Origin: an uncultured Rhodobacteraceae bacterium
GTDB taxonomy: Bacteria; Pseudomonadota; Alphaproteobacteria; Rhodobacterales; Rhodobacteraceae
Direction: 5' to 3'
Assembly: GCA_947487205.1 (NCBI GenBank)
Contig: CANKVU010000004.1
Coordinates: forward strand, 110,000 to 173,999
DNA: 64,000 nucleotides
Below, piece by piece: positions 19,645 through 27,760 of the stretch (position 1 is the first letter of the stretch; every line of letters begins with the position of its first letter). Below the pieces are notes generated by a model. The model saw only the letters and a list, made by a program, of their open reading frames with translations. It did not search any database and was not told the DNA's origin. A program made the translations under genes and the position numbers.

Positions 19645-20460
19645 ATGACGCTCAAATCCACGCTCACGGCGGCCCTCGCCGCGCTCCTGATCCTCCCCGC
19701 GGCGGGCTTCGCCGCGGAGGAGGAAAGCCACGTCGTCGATTACGACTTCCCCTTCGAGGGGCCGTTCGGCACCTACGACCAGTTCCAGCTGCAGCGCGGC
19801 CTTCAGGTCTATACCGAGGTCTGCTCGGCCTGCCACGGGCTGCAATACGTGTCCTACCGCACGCTGGGCGACGCGGCCGGCCCCGGCCTGCCCGAGGAGC
19901 AGGTGCGCGCCTATGCCGCCAATTACGAGGTCTTCGACGAGACCCTGATGGAGGGCGAGGGCGATTACCGTCCGGCGACGCCCGTGGACAGCTTCCCGCA
20001 ATCGGCGATCTCGAACGCGCCCGACCTCAGCCTGATGGCCAAGGCGCGGGCCGGGTTCCACGGCCCCTACGGCCTGGGCATCAACCAGTTCCTGCGCGGC
20101 ATCGGCGGGCCGGAATACATCGCCTCGCTCCTGACCGGCTATACCGGCGAGCAACGCCAGCAGGCCGGCGCGACCTTCTACGAGAACACCGCCTTTCCCG
20201 GCGGCTGGATCGCGATGCCGCCGCCGCTCTATGGCGAGGACGTGATCTACGAGGACGGCACCGAGGCCACGATCGAGCAGCAGGCGCGGGACGTGTCCGC
20301 CTTCCTGATGTGGACCGCCGAGCCCAAGCTCGCGGCCCGCAAGCGCGCGGGCTTCGCCGGCGTGCTGATGCTCGGCGTTCTGGCGGTGCTGCTCTACCTG
20401 ACGAACAAGCGGATCTGGGCGCCCCACAAGCGCAAGATCAAGGACGTTCCCGCCGAATGA
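19645..20460 (+). CDS. petC: Cytochrome c1
   Basis: 271 aa from the internal ATG of ORF 18421..20460. It has a signal peptide, a CSACHG haem-binding site and a C-terminal TM anchor. Confidence 0.9.
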   Translation: MTLKSTLTAALAALLILPAAGFAAEEESHVVDYDFPFEGPFGTYDQFQLQRGLQVYTEVCSACHGLQYVSYRTLGDAAGPGLPEEQVRAYAANYEVFDETLMEGEGDYRPATPVDSFPQSAISNAPDLSLMAKARAGFHGPYGLGINQFLRGIGGPEYIASLLTGYTGEQRQQAGATFYENTAFPGGWIAMPPPLYGEDVIYEDGTEATIEQQARDVSAFLMWTAEPKLAARKRAGFAGVLMLGVLAVLLYLTNKRIWAPHKRKIKDVPAE

Positions 20461-20493
20461 GGCGACCTCGACCGGCGGGATGACCCGCCCGTC

Positions 20494-20534
20494 CGGCGCG
20501 GATCCCTCGGGGGCTCCGCGCCGTTTTCGTCTTC
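20494..20534 (+). terminator. Rho-independent terminator of petABC
   Basis: A 9-bp stem (cggcgcgga / tccgcgccg) with an inner ccc/ggg pairing is followed by ttttcgtcttc. Confidence 0.75.
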
Positions 20535-20561
20535 GCCCCCTGCCCGACGGACCCGCCGCCG

Positions 20562-21329
20562 ATGCCCCGCTACGCCTTCCGGATCGAATATGACGGCGCC
20601 CCGTTCCGGGGCTGGCAGCGGCAGGCCGACCAGCCGTCGATACAGGGCGCGCTCGAGGCGGCGCTGGCGCGGCTGGACCGTGCCCGCCCGCCGGTCGCCG
20701 CGGCCGGGCGCACCGATGCCGGCGTGCACGCCACGGGCCAGGTCGCGCATGCCGACCTGTCCGCCGAATGGGACCCGTTCCGCCTGTCCGAGGCGCTGAA
20801 CTACCACCTGAAGCCCGCCCCGGTGGCGGTCGCGGCCTGCGCCCCGGTGCCCCCCGACTGGCATGCGCGCTTCTCGGCGACGGGGCGGCGCTACCTCTAC
20901 CGGATCGTCCGGCGGCGGGCGCCGCTCGTCCACGACCGCGGCCGCGCCTGGCATATCCGCCAGCCGCTCGACCCGGCGGCGATGCAGGCGGGTGCCGACC
21001 GGCTGGTGGGGCATCACGACTTCACCACCTTCCGCTCCACCCAGTGCCAGGCGCCCTCGCCAATGAAGACGCTGGACCGGCTGGAGGTGGAACACCACGC
21101 GCTGCCCTGCGGCGGCGAGGAGATCCGCCTCCATGTCGCGGCGCGCTCGTTCCTGCACAACCAGGTTCGCAGTTTCGCGGGCACGCTGGAGCGGGTGGGC
21201 TCGGGCGCCTGGGCGCCCGACGACGTGGCCCGCGCGCTCGCGGCGCGGGACCGCACCGCCTGCGGGCCGGTGGCCCCGCCCCAGGGGCTGTTCCTGGCCC
21301 GCGTGACCTACGACCGCGAGCCGTTCTGA
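20562..21329 (+). CDS. truA: tRNA pseudouridine(38-40) synthase
   Basis: 255 aa. Motifs include [12 protein letters not shown], the catalytic GRTDAGVHA, and FLHNQVR. Confidence 0.92.
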   Translation: MPRYAFRIEYDGAPFRGWQRQADQPSIQGALEAALARLDRARPPVAAAGRTDAGVHATGQVAHADLSAEWDPFRLSEALNYHLKPAPVAVAACAPVPPDWHARFSATGRRYLYRIVRRRAPLVHDRGRAWHIRQPLDPAAMQAGADRLVGHHDFTTFRSTQCQAPSPMKTLDRLEVEHHALPCGGEEIRLHVAARSFLHNQVRSFAGTLERVGSGAWAPDDVARALAARDRTACGPVAPPQGLFLARVTYDREPF

Positions 21330-21363
21330 GCCGCGGGCACGGACGGGGACGCGGGCGCGGGCG

Positions 21364-22248
21364 TCAGACCTCGTCGCGCCAGCGGACCTGCGGGTCGTAG
21401 CCGACCAGGCGGCGGGCCTTGTCGATGGAATAGATCGTCTCGTGCGGCTCCATCGCGCGGGTCTGCGGCACGCCGCCATAGAACCGCTCCGCGATCTCGG
21501 CGCTGGTTAGGTCCACCGACGGCTCGGCATTGGCGACGTTGAACACCTCGTAGCCCAGCCCGTCCGTCTCCAGGCAGCACGAAACCATCCGCCCCAGGTC
21601 GCGGGCGTCGATATAGGCGAACATGTTGCGCCGCCTGAGCGCGGGGTCCTCGACGAAGGCGGGGAACATCGCGGCATATTCGTGCGGCTCGATCACGTTG
21701 TTGATCCTGAGCCCGTAGATGTCGGCCCTGGAACGGTGCTGGAAGCTGCGCGCCGTGGCCTCGTTGCACACCTTCGACATCGCATAGCTGTCGCCGGGCA
21801 CCGTCGGGTGCGCCTCGTCCACGGGGATGTAATCCGGCTTGCGCTCGCCGTATGCGAAACAGATGCCGTAGGTCGTCTCGCTCGAGGCGAAGATCACCTT
21901 GCGGATGCCGAGGCCCAGCGCCGCCTCGATCACGTTGTAGGTCCCCATCGTGTTGACGCGGAACGTCTCGCCGTCGGGGGCGATCATGATGCGCGGGATC
22001 GCGGCGAAATGCACCACCGCGTCGTAGCCCGGCACGCCGTCGCCGCCGTCGAGGTCGTCCCAGCCCGAGGGTTGCGTCAGCGCGCCCCAGACCTGTCCCG
22101 CCTCGGTCACGTCGCCCCGCAGGTTGCGCACCCCCTCCGCCTCCAGCGGCTGGAGGTCGAAATTCGTGACCGTGTGCCCCTGTCCGATCAGCCAGGGCAC
22201 CACGTGGCGGCCGGCCTTGCCGGTTCCGCCGGTGAAGAATACGCGCAT
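21364..22248 (-). CDS. NAD-dependent epimerase/dehydratase family protein
   Basis: 294 aa. It has an N-terminal GxxGxxG motif (FFTGGTGKAG) and a YxxxK motif (YAMSK) typical of the extended SDR fold. Confidence 0.75.
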   Translation of the reverse strand: MRVFFTGGTGKAGRHVVPWLIGQGHTVTNFDLQPLEAEGVRNLRGDVTEAGQVWGALTQPSGWDDLDGGDGVPGYDAVVHFAAIPRIMIAPDGETFRVNTMGTYNVIEAALGLGIRKVIFASSETTYGICFAYGERKPDYIPVDEAHPTVPGDSYAMSKVCNEATARSFQHRSRADIYGLRINNVIEPHEYAAMFPAFVEDPALRRRNMFAYIDARDLGRMVSCCLETDGLGYEVFNVANAEPSVDLTSAEIAERFYGGVPQTRAMEPHETIYSIDKARRLVGYDPQVRWRDEV

Positions 22249-22350
22249 TCTCTCTCTCCCGTCGGGATTGTCTGCCGCAGCTAGGCGCGCGGCGCCGGGA
22301 GTAAAGTCGCACTTGACCGCAGGTTACGGCACGTCCATGCAGGATGCGGC

Positions 22351-23112
22351 ATGAAACAGCATTCCACCCCCTCCCTGGACGCGCCCGAATTGCGGCAGGC
22401 CCGGCTGGCCGAGCGGCTGGCGGACGGCGCCGCCTTGTCGGCGACGGCGCTGGCGGCGGAACTGGGCGTGTCCGTCGATACCGTCCGCCGCGACCTCGCG
22501 CGTCTCGAAGGGGCGGGTCTGGCCCGCCGGGTCCGGGGCGGGGCGCTGCCCGCGACGCCCGCCGCGCCGCTGCACCAGCGGAGGGGCGAGGTGCCCGCCG
22601 ACCTGATCCGCCGCGCCGTGGCCGCGCTCGCGCAGGCGCCGACGCTGATCCTCGATGGCGGCACCACGCTGGCGGCGCTGGCCCGCGCTCTGCCCCCGGG
22701 CCCGGGGCGGCTGGTCATCACCCCCTCGCCCCATATCGCCGCGATCACCCATGGCCGGGGCATCGCCACCGTCACCATCGGCGGCCCGGTCAGCGCCTCG
22801 GGCGGCATCGCCACCGGCAGCGCGGCCGAGGCCGCGTTCGCGGGCCACCACGCGGACATGGCCATCCTGGGGGCCTGCGGCCTCGACCCCGCCTTCGGCC
22901 TCTCGTCCGACGACCTCGCCGAAGCCCAGGTCAAGCGCGCCATGGCCGGGGCCGCCGGGGCGGTGGCCGTCCTGACCGGCGCCGCCAAGATCGGCCGCCG
23001 CGCCCGCCACCGCACGCTCCGCCCCCCGGAGATCGACCTGATCGTGACCGACGCCGCCGCCGAGGCGACCGCCCCCTTCGCCGCTCTGGGCATCGCCCTG
23101 CCCGCCGCCTGA
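22351..23112 (+). CDS. DeoR/GlpR family transcriptional regulator
   Basis: 253 aa. It has an N-terminal HTH (ATALAAELGVSVDTVRRDLARLE) and a C-terminal sugar-phosphate sensor domain. Confidence 0.8.
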   Translation: MKQHSTPSLDAPELRQARLAERLADGAALSATALAAELGVSVDTVRRDLARLEGAGLARRVRGGALPATPAAPLHQRRGEVPADLIRRAVAALAQAPTLILDGGTTLAALARALPPGPGRLVITPSPHIAAITHGRGIATVTIGGPVSASGGIATGSAAEAAFAGHHADMAILGACGLDPAFGLSSDDLAEAQVKRAMAGAAGAVAVLTGAAKIGRRARHRTLRPPEIDLIVTDAAAEATAPFAALGIALPAA

Positions 23113-23134
23113 GCGCCCCATCACAGGACATCCG

Positions 23135-24265
23135 ATGCCGCTTCCCCGATCCCCCCGGCTGGCCGTCGCCGCCATCTTCGCGCTGAACGGGGGCCTCTTC
23201 GGGGTCTGGGCCTCGCGCATCCCTGCCTTCGTGCGCCGGTTCGACCTGACGGAGGAGCGCCTGGCGCTCCTGCTCCTGTGCATCGCGGGGGGCGCGATCC
23301 TGGCCTTCCAGGCGGCCGGCCGGCTGTCGGACCGCCACGGCGCCGACTGGCTCGGCCGGCGGGCCATCGCGCTCTACCTCCTGGCGTTCCTGGCGCTGCC
23401 GCTCTGGCCCAACGTATGGCTGCTGGCGGCGGGGCTGGCGCTTTTCGGGGCGACATACGGCGCCGCCGACGTGGCCATGAACGCCTGGGCGGCCGAGGTG
23501 GAACGGGCGGCGGGGCGGCCGATCATGTCGTCGTTCCACGCCATGTATTCGCTGGCCGCGGGCCTCGGCGCGGGCAGCGGCTGGATCGCGGTCGCGCTCT
23601 CGGCCCCGCCGGGGCTGCATTTCTGGGTCGCGGGCCTGGCCGCCGGGGCCGCGACGGCGGCGCTGGCCACCGCCCCCTGGACCGCGACCACCAGCGTCGA
23701 GGACGGCCCCGCGATCGCCCTGCCCCGCGGCCCGCTGATCCTCGTCGGGCTGATCGGCTTCGCCTCGGCGGTCGGAGAGGGGGCGATGGCGGATTGGTCG
23801 GCGGTGTTCCTCGTCGAGGTGACGGGCACGACCGAGGCGCGCGCGGCGCTGGGCTTTGCCGCCTTCTCCACCACCATGGTCGTCCTGCGCCTGGTGGGCG
23901 ACCGGGTCCTGGCCCGGATCGGCGCCGTCGCGGCGCTGCGCCTGAGCGGCCTGGCCGCCGCGGCGGGGATCGCCTGCCTGGTCGCGGCGCCGGGCCTGGG
24001 GCTCGCGCTCGCGGGCTACGCGCTGCTGGGGATGGGCTTCGCCGTGGTCTTTCCCGTCATCGTCACCCGCGCGGCGGCCGAACCGGGGGTGCCGGCGGGC
24101 CGCGCCATTGCGGGCGTCGCGACGCTGGGCTATGGCGGCATGCTCTTCGGCCCGGCCCTGATCGGCGGGATCGCGGCGCTGACCTCCCTGCCCGCCGCCT
24201 TCGGCCTGATCGGGGCGCTGGGCCTGCTGATGTCGGCGCTGGCACCGGCCGTGCGGCGCCCGTGA
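23135..24265 (+). CDS. MFS transporter
   Basis: 376 aa with about 12 predicted TM helices and an MFS-like loop motif (GRLSDRHG). Confidence 0.7.
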   Translation: MPLPRSPRLAVAAIFALNGGLFGVWASRIPAFVRRFDLTEERLALLLLCIAGGAILAFQAAGRLSDRHGADWLGRRAIALYLLAFLALPLWPNVWLLAAGLALFGATYGAADVAMNAWAAEVERAAGRPIMSSFHAMYSLAAGLGAGSGWIAVALSAPPGLHFWVAGLAAGAATAALATAPWTATTSVEDGPAIALPRGPLILVGLIGFASAVGEGAMADWSAVFLVEVTGTTEARAALGFAAFSTTMVVLRLVGDRVLARIGAVAALRLSGLAAAAGIACLVAAPGLGLALAGYALLGMGFAVVFPVIVTRAAAEPGVPAGRAIAGVATLGYGGMLFGPALIGGIAALTSLPAAFGLIGALGLLMSALAPAVRRP

Positions 24266-24329
24266 CGGTTGCCCCCGCCGGGTGGCCCTGACAAGATCCG
24301 CCGAACCCCAGACGAGGACCGGAGCAGCC

Positions 24330-26279
24330 ATGGCCGACGACCTTCTCAAAGGCGGCAAGGAGCCTGCCTACGACGCCTCCTCCATCGAGGTGCTGGAGGG
24401 GCTGGAGCCGGTCCGCAAGCGCCCCGGCATGTATATCGGCGGCACCGACGAGCGGGCGCTGCACCACCTGGTGGCCGAGGTGCTCGACAATTCCATGGAC
24501 GAGGCGGTGGCCGGCCACGCCAACCGCATCGAGGTGGAGCTGCACGCCGACGGGTCCTGCACGGTGCGCGACAACGGCCGCGGCATTCCCACCGACCCGC
24601 ACCCGAAATTCCCCGACAAGTCGGCGCTGGAGGTGATCCTGTGCACGCTCCACGCGGGCGGCAAGTTCTCGGGCAAGGCCTACCAGACCTCGGGCGGCCT
24701 GCATGGCGTCGGCATCTCGGTCGTCAACGCGCTGTCGGACCGGCTGCGCGTCGAGGTGGCGCGCGACCGCAAGCTGGTGGCGCAGGATTTCGCCCGCGGC
24801 ACGCCGCAGGGCCCGGTCCACGACGCGGGCCAGGCGCCGAACCGGCGCGGCACCTCCGTCACCTTCCACCCCGACGCCGAGATCTTCGGCAAGCTGGCGC
24901 TGAAACCCGCGCGCCTGCTGCAGATGGTGCGCTCCAAGGCCTATCTCTTCTCGGGCGTCGAGATCCGCTGGAAGAGCGCCCAGGACGACGGCGAGACGCC
25001 GCGGGAGGCGACGTTCCACTTCCCCGGGGGCCTCTCGGACTACCTCAAGGAAACGCTGGGGAATGCGGCGACCTATGCCGACGCCCCCTTCGCGGGCTCG
25101 GTCGAGTTCCGCGACGCGCCGGGCAAGGTGGAATGGGCGATCAACTGGACGCCCGCGCGCGACGGCTTTCTGCAAAGCTACTGCAACACGGTCCCCACGC
25201 CCGAGGGCGGCACCCACGAGGCGGGGTTCTGGGCCGCGATCCTCAAGGGGATCCGGGCGCATGGCGAGCGCGCGAACGTCCGCAAGGCGGCCAACATCAC
25301 CCGCGAGGACCTGACCGCGGGGGGCTCCGCGCTGGTGTCGTGCTTCATCGCCGATCCCGAATTCGTGGGCCAGACCAAGGACCGGCTGGCCACCGCCGCC
25401 GCCGCCAAGCTGGTGGAGAATGCCGTGCGCGACCGGTTCGACACCTGGCTCGCCTCCGACACGAAATCGGCCGGGGCGATCCTCGACTTCCTCGTCCTGC
25501 GGGCCGAGGAACGCCTGAAGCGCCGCCAGGAGAAGGAGACGCAGCGCAAGTCGGCGACCAAGAAGCTGCGCCTGCCCGGCAAGCTGGTCGATTGCTCGGT
25601 CAAGACCCGCGACGGCACCGAGCTGTTCATCGTCGAGGGCGATTCGGCCGGCGGCTCGGCCAAGATGGCGCGCATGCGCGAGACGCAGGCCCTGCTGCCG
25701 CTCAGGGGCAAGATCCTGAACGTGCTCGGCGCCGCCTCCTCCAAGCTGGGCCAGAACCAGGAGATCAACGACCTCTGCCAGGCGCTTGGCGTCGGCATGG
25801 GCACCAAGTTCAACGTCGAGGACCTGCGCTACGACCGCGTCATCATCATGACCGACGCCGACGTGGACGGGGCGCATATCGCCTCGCTCCTGATGACGTT
25901 CTTCTACGCCCAGATGCGGCCGCTGATCGACGCGGGCCACCTCTACCTCGCCTGCCCGCCGCTCTACCGGCTGACCCAAGGGGCGCACCGCGTCTATGCG
26001 CTGGACGAGGCCGAGAAGGAGGCCTGGATGAAGAAGGGCCTGGGCGGCAAGGGCAAGATCGACGTGTCGCGCTTCAAGGGCCTGGGCGAGATGGACGCCA
26101 AGGACCTGAAGGAGACGACGATGAACCCCAAGACCCGCAAGCTGATCCGCGTCCGCATCGTCGACGAGGCGCCGGGAGAGACGGGCGACCTGGTCGAGCG
26201 GCTGATGGGCAAGAAGCCGGAACTGCGCTTCGAGTACATCTCGCAGAACGCGAAGTTCGTAGAGGAGTTGGATGTTTAA
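24330..26279 (+). CDS. parE: DNA topoisomerase IV subunit B
   Basis: 649 aa from the internal ATG of ORF 24282..26279. It has a GHKL ATPase domain (EVLDNSMDE, GGLHGVG), a Toprim domain (ELFIVEGDSAGGSA, IMTDADVDGAHI) and a PLRGKILNV motif. Its length and lack of a GyrB-type insertion favour ParE over GyrB. The last 7 codons switch to rare A/T-rich codons (see findings). Confidence 0.88.
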   Translation: MADDLLKGGKEPAYDASSIEVLEGLEPVRKRPGMYIGGTDERALHHLVAEVLDNSMDEAVAGHANRIEVELHADGSCTVRDNGRGIPTDPHPKFPDKSALEVILCTLHAGGKFSGKAYQTSGGLHGVGISVVNALSDRLRVEVARDRKLVAQDFARGTPQGPVHDAGQAPNRRGTSVTFHPDAEIFGKLALKPARLLQMVRSKAYLFSGVEIRWKSAQDDGETPREATFHFPGGLSDYLKETLGNAATYADAPFAGSVEFRDAPGKVEWAINWTPARDGFLQSYCNTVPTPEGGTHEAGFWAAILKGIRAHGERANVRKAANITREDLTAGGSALVSCFIADPEFVGQTKDRLATAAAAKLVENAVRDRFDTWLASDTKSAGAILDFLVLRAEERLKRRQEKETQRKSATKKLRLPGKLVDCSVKTRDGTELFIVEGDSAGGSAKMARMRETQALLPLRGKILNVLGAASSKLGQNQEINDLCQALGVGMGTKFNVEDLRYDRVIIMTDADVDGAHIASLLMTFFYAQMRPLIDAGHLYLACPPLYRLTQGAHRVYALDEAEKEAWMKKGLGGKGKIDVSRFKGLGEMDAKDLKETTMNPKTRKLIRVRIVDEAPGETGDLVERLMGKKPELRFEYISQNAKFVEELDV

Positions 26280-26283
26280 AAGA

Positions 26284-26312
26284 TTGCCGACCCAATAGGC
26301 TCGTTATATTCT
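26284..26312 (+). promoter_or_regulatory. Possible sigma70-like promoter (TTGCCG-N17-TATTCT) giving a near-leaderless DUF3800 mRNA
   Basis: The hexamers were read directly. The -10 element ends 6 nt before the ATG at 26319. No Shine-Dalgarno-like purine run is present in that gap. Confidence 0.3.
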
Positions 26313-26318
26313 CTTATC

Positions 26319-27110
26319 ATGACTTATTCTTACAAAGTGTATATTGATGAGTCTGGGGACGATGGTATTGCGAACTTCCGCCAGCCAGGTAGCGGAGGCG
26401 GCGCTAGCCACTGGTTGGTTATCGGAGCATGTATTGTAAGGGCTAATCGGGATCTGGAACTTGTTGCGGCCCGAGATAAAATCAAAGAGGAATGCAAACC
26501 GAAGACCAAAGGCCGATCTATTCATTTTAAGGATCTCAACCACAGCCAGAGAAGACGAGCGTGCCAAATAATCTCTGAGCAGCCACTCCGATTTTCAGCA
26601 GTTCTTGGCTTGAAGAATACTCCTAAAGCAACGGCTTTCACTGATAAGAACCAGCTATATTTTTATCTTACTCGCTACCTTCTAGAGAGGGTTTCTTGGC
26701 TCTGTCGTGATCTGCGAAAGCGGGTGCCAGAAGGAAATGGGAAGGCCCAAATAATTTTCTCACGTAGAGGAGGAATGAGTTACGATGCTTTTAAGTCATA
26801 TCTACGCAATTTGCAGGAAAGAGATGACGTCAAAATTCATTGGCCTGCTATCGATATTGAAGCAGTAGATGCCCAAGATCATTCCAGGCTAGCGGGCTTA
26901 CAAATTTCTGACTGTGGAACAAGCGCTATAGCTGCTATGATTGAGCCAGATCGTTACGGAAATGTAGAAGGTGTATATGCGGAAGAACTGGCCCAAAAAA
27001 TATATTGCAGAAGTGAAAATTACTTCAGCTATGGTCTAAAGATGCTGCCGAACATCGATGAGGTTCGACTTTCGGATCAGCAATCAAAAACCTTACAGAG
27101 ATTTAGGTAG
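26319..27110 (+). CDS. DUF3800 domain-containing protein
   Basis: 263 aa. The N-terminus has the DUF3800 hallmark YIDESGDDG (D10/E11). There is a mid-protein IHFKDL motif (H69) and a C-terminal LQISDCG motif (Q195/D198). The gene is AT-rich with a TAG stop, unlike all its neighbours. Confidence 0.75.
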   Translation: MTYSYKVYIDESGDDGIANFRQPGSGGGASHWLVIGACIVRANRDLELVAARDKIKEECKPKTKGRSIHFKDLNHSQRRRACQIISEQPLRFSAVLGLKNTPKATAFTDKNQLYFYLTRYLLERVSWLCRDLRKRVPEGNGKAQIIFSRRGGMSYDAFKSYLRNLQERDDVKIHWPAIDIEAVDAQDHSRLAGLQISDCGTSAIAAMIEPDRYGNVEGVYAEELAQKIYCRSENYFSYGLKMLPNIDEVRLSDQQSKTLQRFR

Positions 27111-27227
27111 GGTAGCCCCCCGGGCCATAATTGCATTTCTGCCTGCGGTCGTTAGACCACTTTGGCTAGTTCCGGCGCTTGACTACCCTGAGGCCAATAT
27201 GGCCCGAACTACGGCATACTGCAAGAG

Positions 27228-27629
27228 TCAAGTATATTTTCTAGAGACGCATACTTTAAAGCGCTCATGGAAACTTCCTACCCCCCATCGATACACCCGC
27301 CCACCCCAGCGCTCCTTCTCCGTATCCAACACCCCCGGCACCCGGCCTTGGGGGACCGCCTCCAGGAAGGCGCGGCCGGGGGCGACCTTCTCGCCGATGG
27401 GGAGGCAGTTCCAGGTCTCGCCCCAGATTGCGGGCAGTTGGACTGGGCTCGGCGGGTACTCCGCCCGGCGGCGGAGGGCGGCGATCGGGGCGTCGGTCGT
27501 CTCATGCCCGGTCGGCGCCCGGCGGAGTTCCGGTGCCGCGACGGCGTCGCAGGCAATCGCAAAGCGCGGATCGGGCGCCCTTTCCCCCGCAGGTGGTGCG
27601 AAACGGCCACGCGCCGAAAGTCGGCACAC
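27228..27629 (-). CDS. Hypothetical protein, possibly 3'-truncated or chimeric at the islet border
   Basis: 133-codon ORF with a GTG start. Codons from about 27295 to 27600 show native G/C-ending bias (…PAIWGETWNCLPIGEKVAPGRAFLEAVPQGRVPGV…). The last ~20 codons (…GVGSFHERFKVCVSRKYT*) are AT-rich islet sequence. I recognised no family. Confidence 0.3.
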   Translation of the reverse strand: MCRLSARGRFAPPAGERAPDPRFAIACDAVAAPELRRAPTGHETTDAPIAALRRRAEYPPSPVQLPAIWGETWNCLPIGEKVAPGRAFLEAVPQGRVPGVLDTEKERWGGRVYRWGVGSFHERFKVCVSRKYT

Positions 27630-27723
27630 GTCAAGATTGCCAAGGCCGGGTTAATTGCCCTAAGGTAAGGATACGCAAGTACCGACGGGCCTGACCGCCC
27701 GGCGGGTTTCTCCCTGAAGGACT

Positions 27724-27751
27724 GGCCGCGCCGCCCGGCGTGGCCGTTTTT
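27724..27751 (+). terminator. Plus-strand intrinsic terminator with no annotated plus-strand gene upstream
   Basis: A 9-bp stem (ggccgcgcc / ggcgtggcc, one G.U pair) has loop gccc and is followed by gttttt. On the minus strand the G.U pair becomes a C.A mismatch and no U-tract follows. Confidence 0.5.
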
Positions 27752-27760
27752 CGGTGGGGG

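Larger units (their letters stand above)
26259..27290. other. AT-rich islet, putative horizontally acquired DNA, without mobility genes
   Basis: Hand counts of eight consecutive 60-nt lines (26341-26820) give 40-57% GC, averaging in the mid-40s. Flanking genes are visibly much more GC-rich. Codon usage of both convergent flanking ORFs changes abruptly at about 26259 and about 27295. Confidence 0.7.

Noticed and set aside
24330-26279. Whether this gene is gyrB or a ParE toxin rather than topoisomerase IV subunit B.
   Set aside because: It has the GHKL ATPase and Toprim architecture of a type IIA topoisomerase B subunit, so it is not the small ParE toxin. At about 650 aa, without the long C-terminal-domain insertion of proteobacterial GyrB, it fits ParE. 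A phylogeny would be needed for certainty.
27058-27668. Plus-strand ORFs 27058..27654 and 27267..27668 on the right side of the islet.
   Set aside because: Their translations are Arg/Pro/Gly-rich with no motifs, and third-position bias favours the minus-strand frame (27228..27629). I treated them as shadow ORFs.
26280-27760. An integrase, transposase, inverted terminal repeats or a tRNA target that would define the AT-rich islet as a classical mobile element.
   Set aside because: No ORF in any frame resembles a recombinase, and I saw no long terminal inverted or direct repeats. The only candidate is the 9-mer AAGATTGCC (26281 and 27633), which could occur by chance. The short inverted 7-mers at 27108-27202 are within chance expectation.
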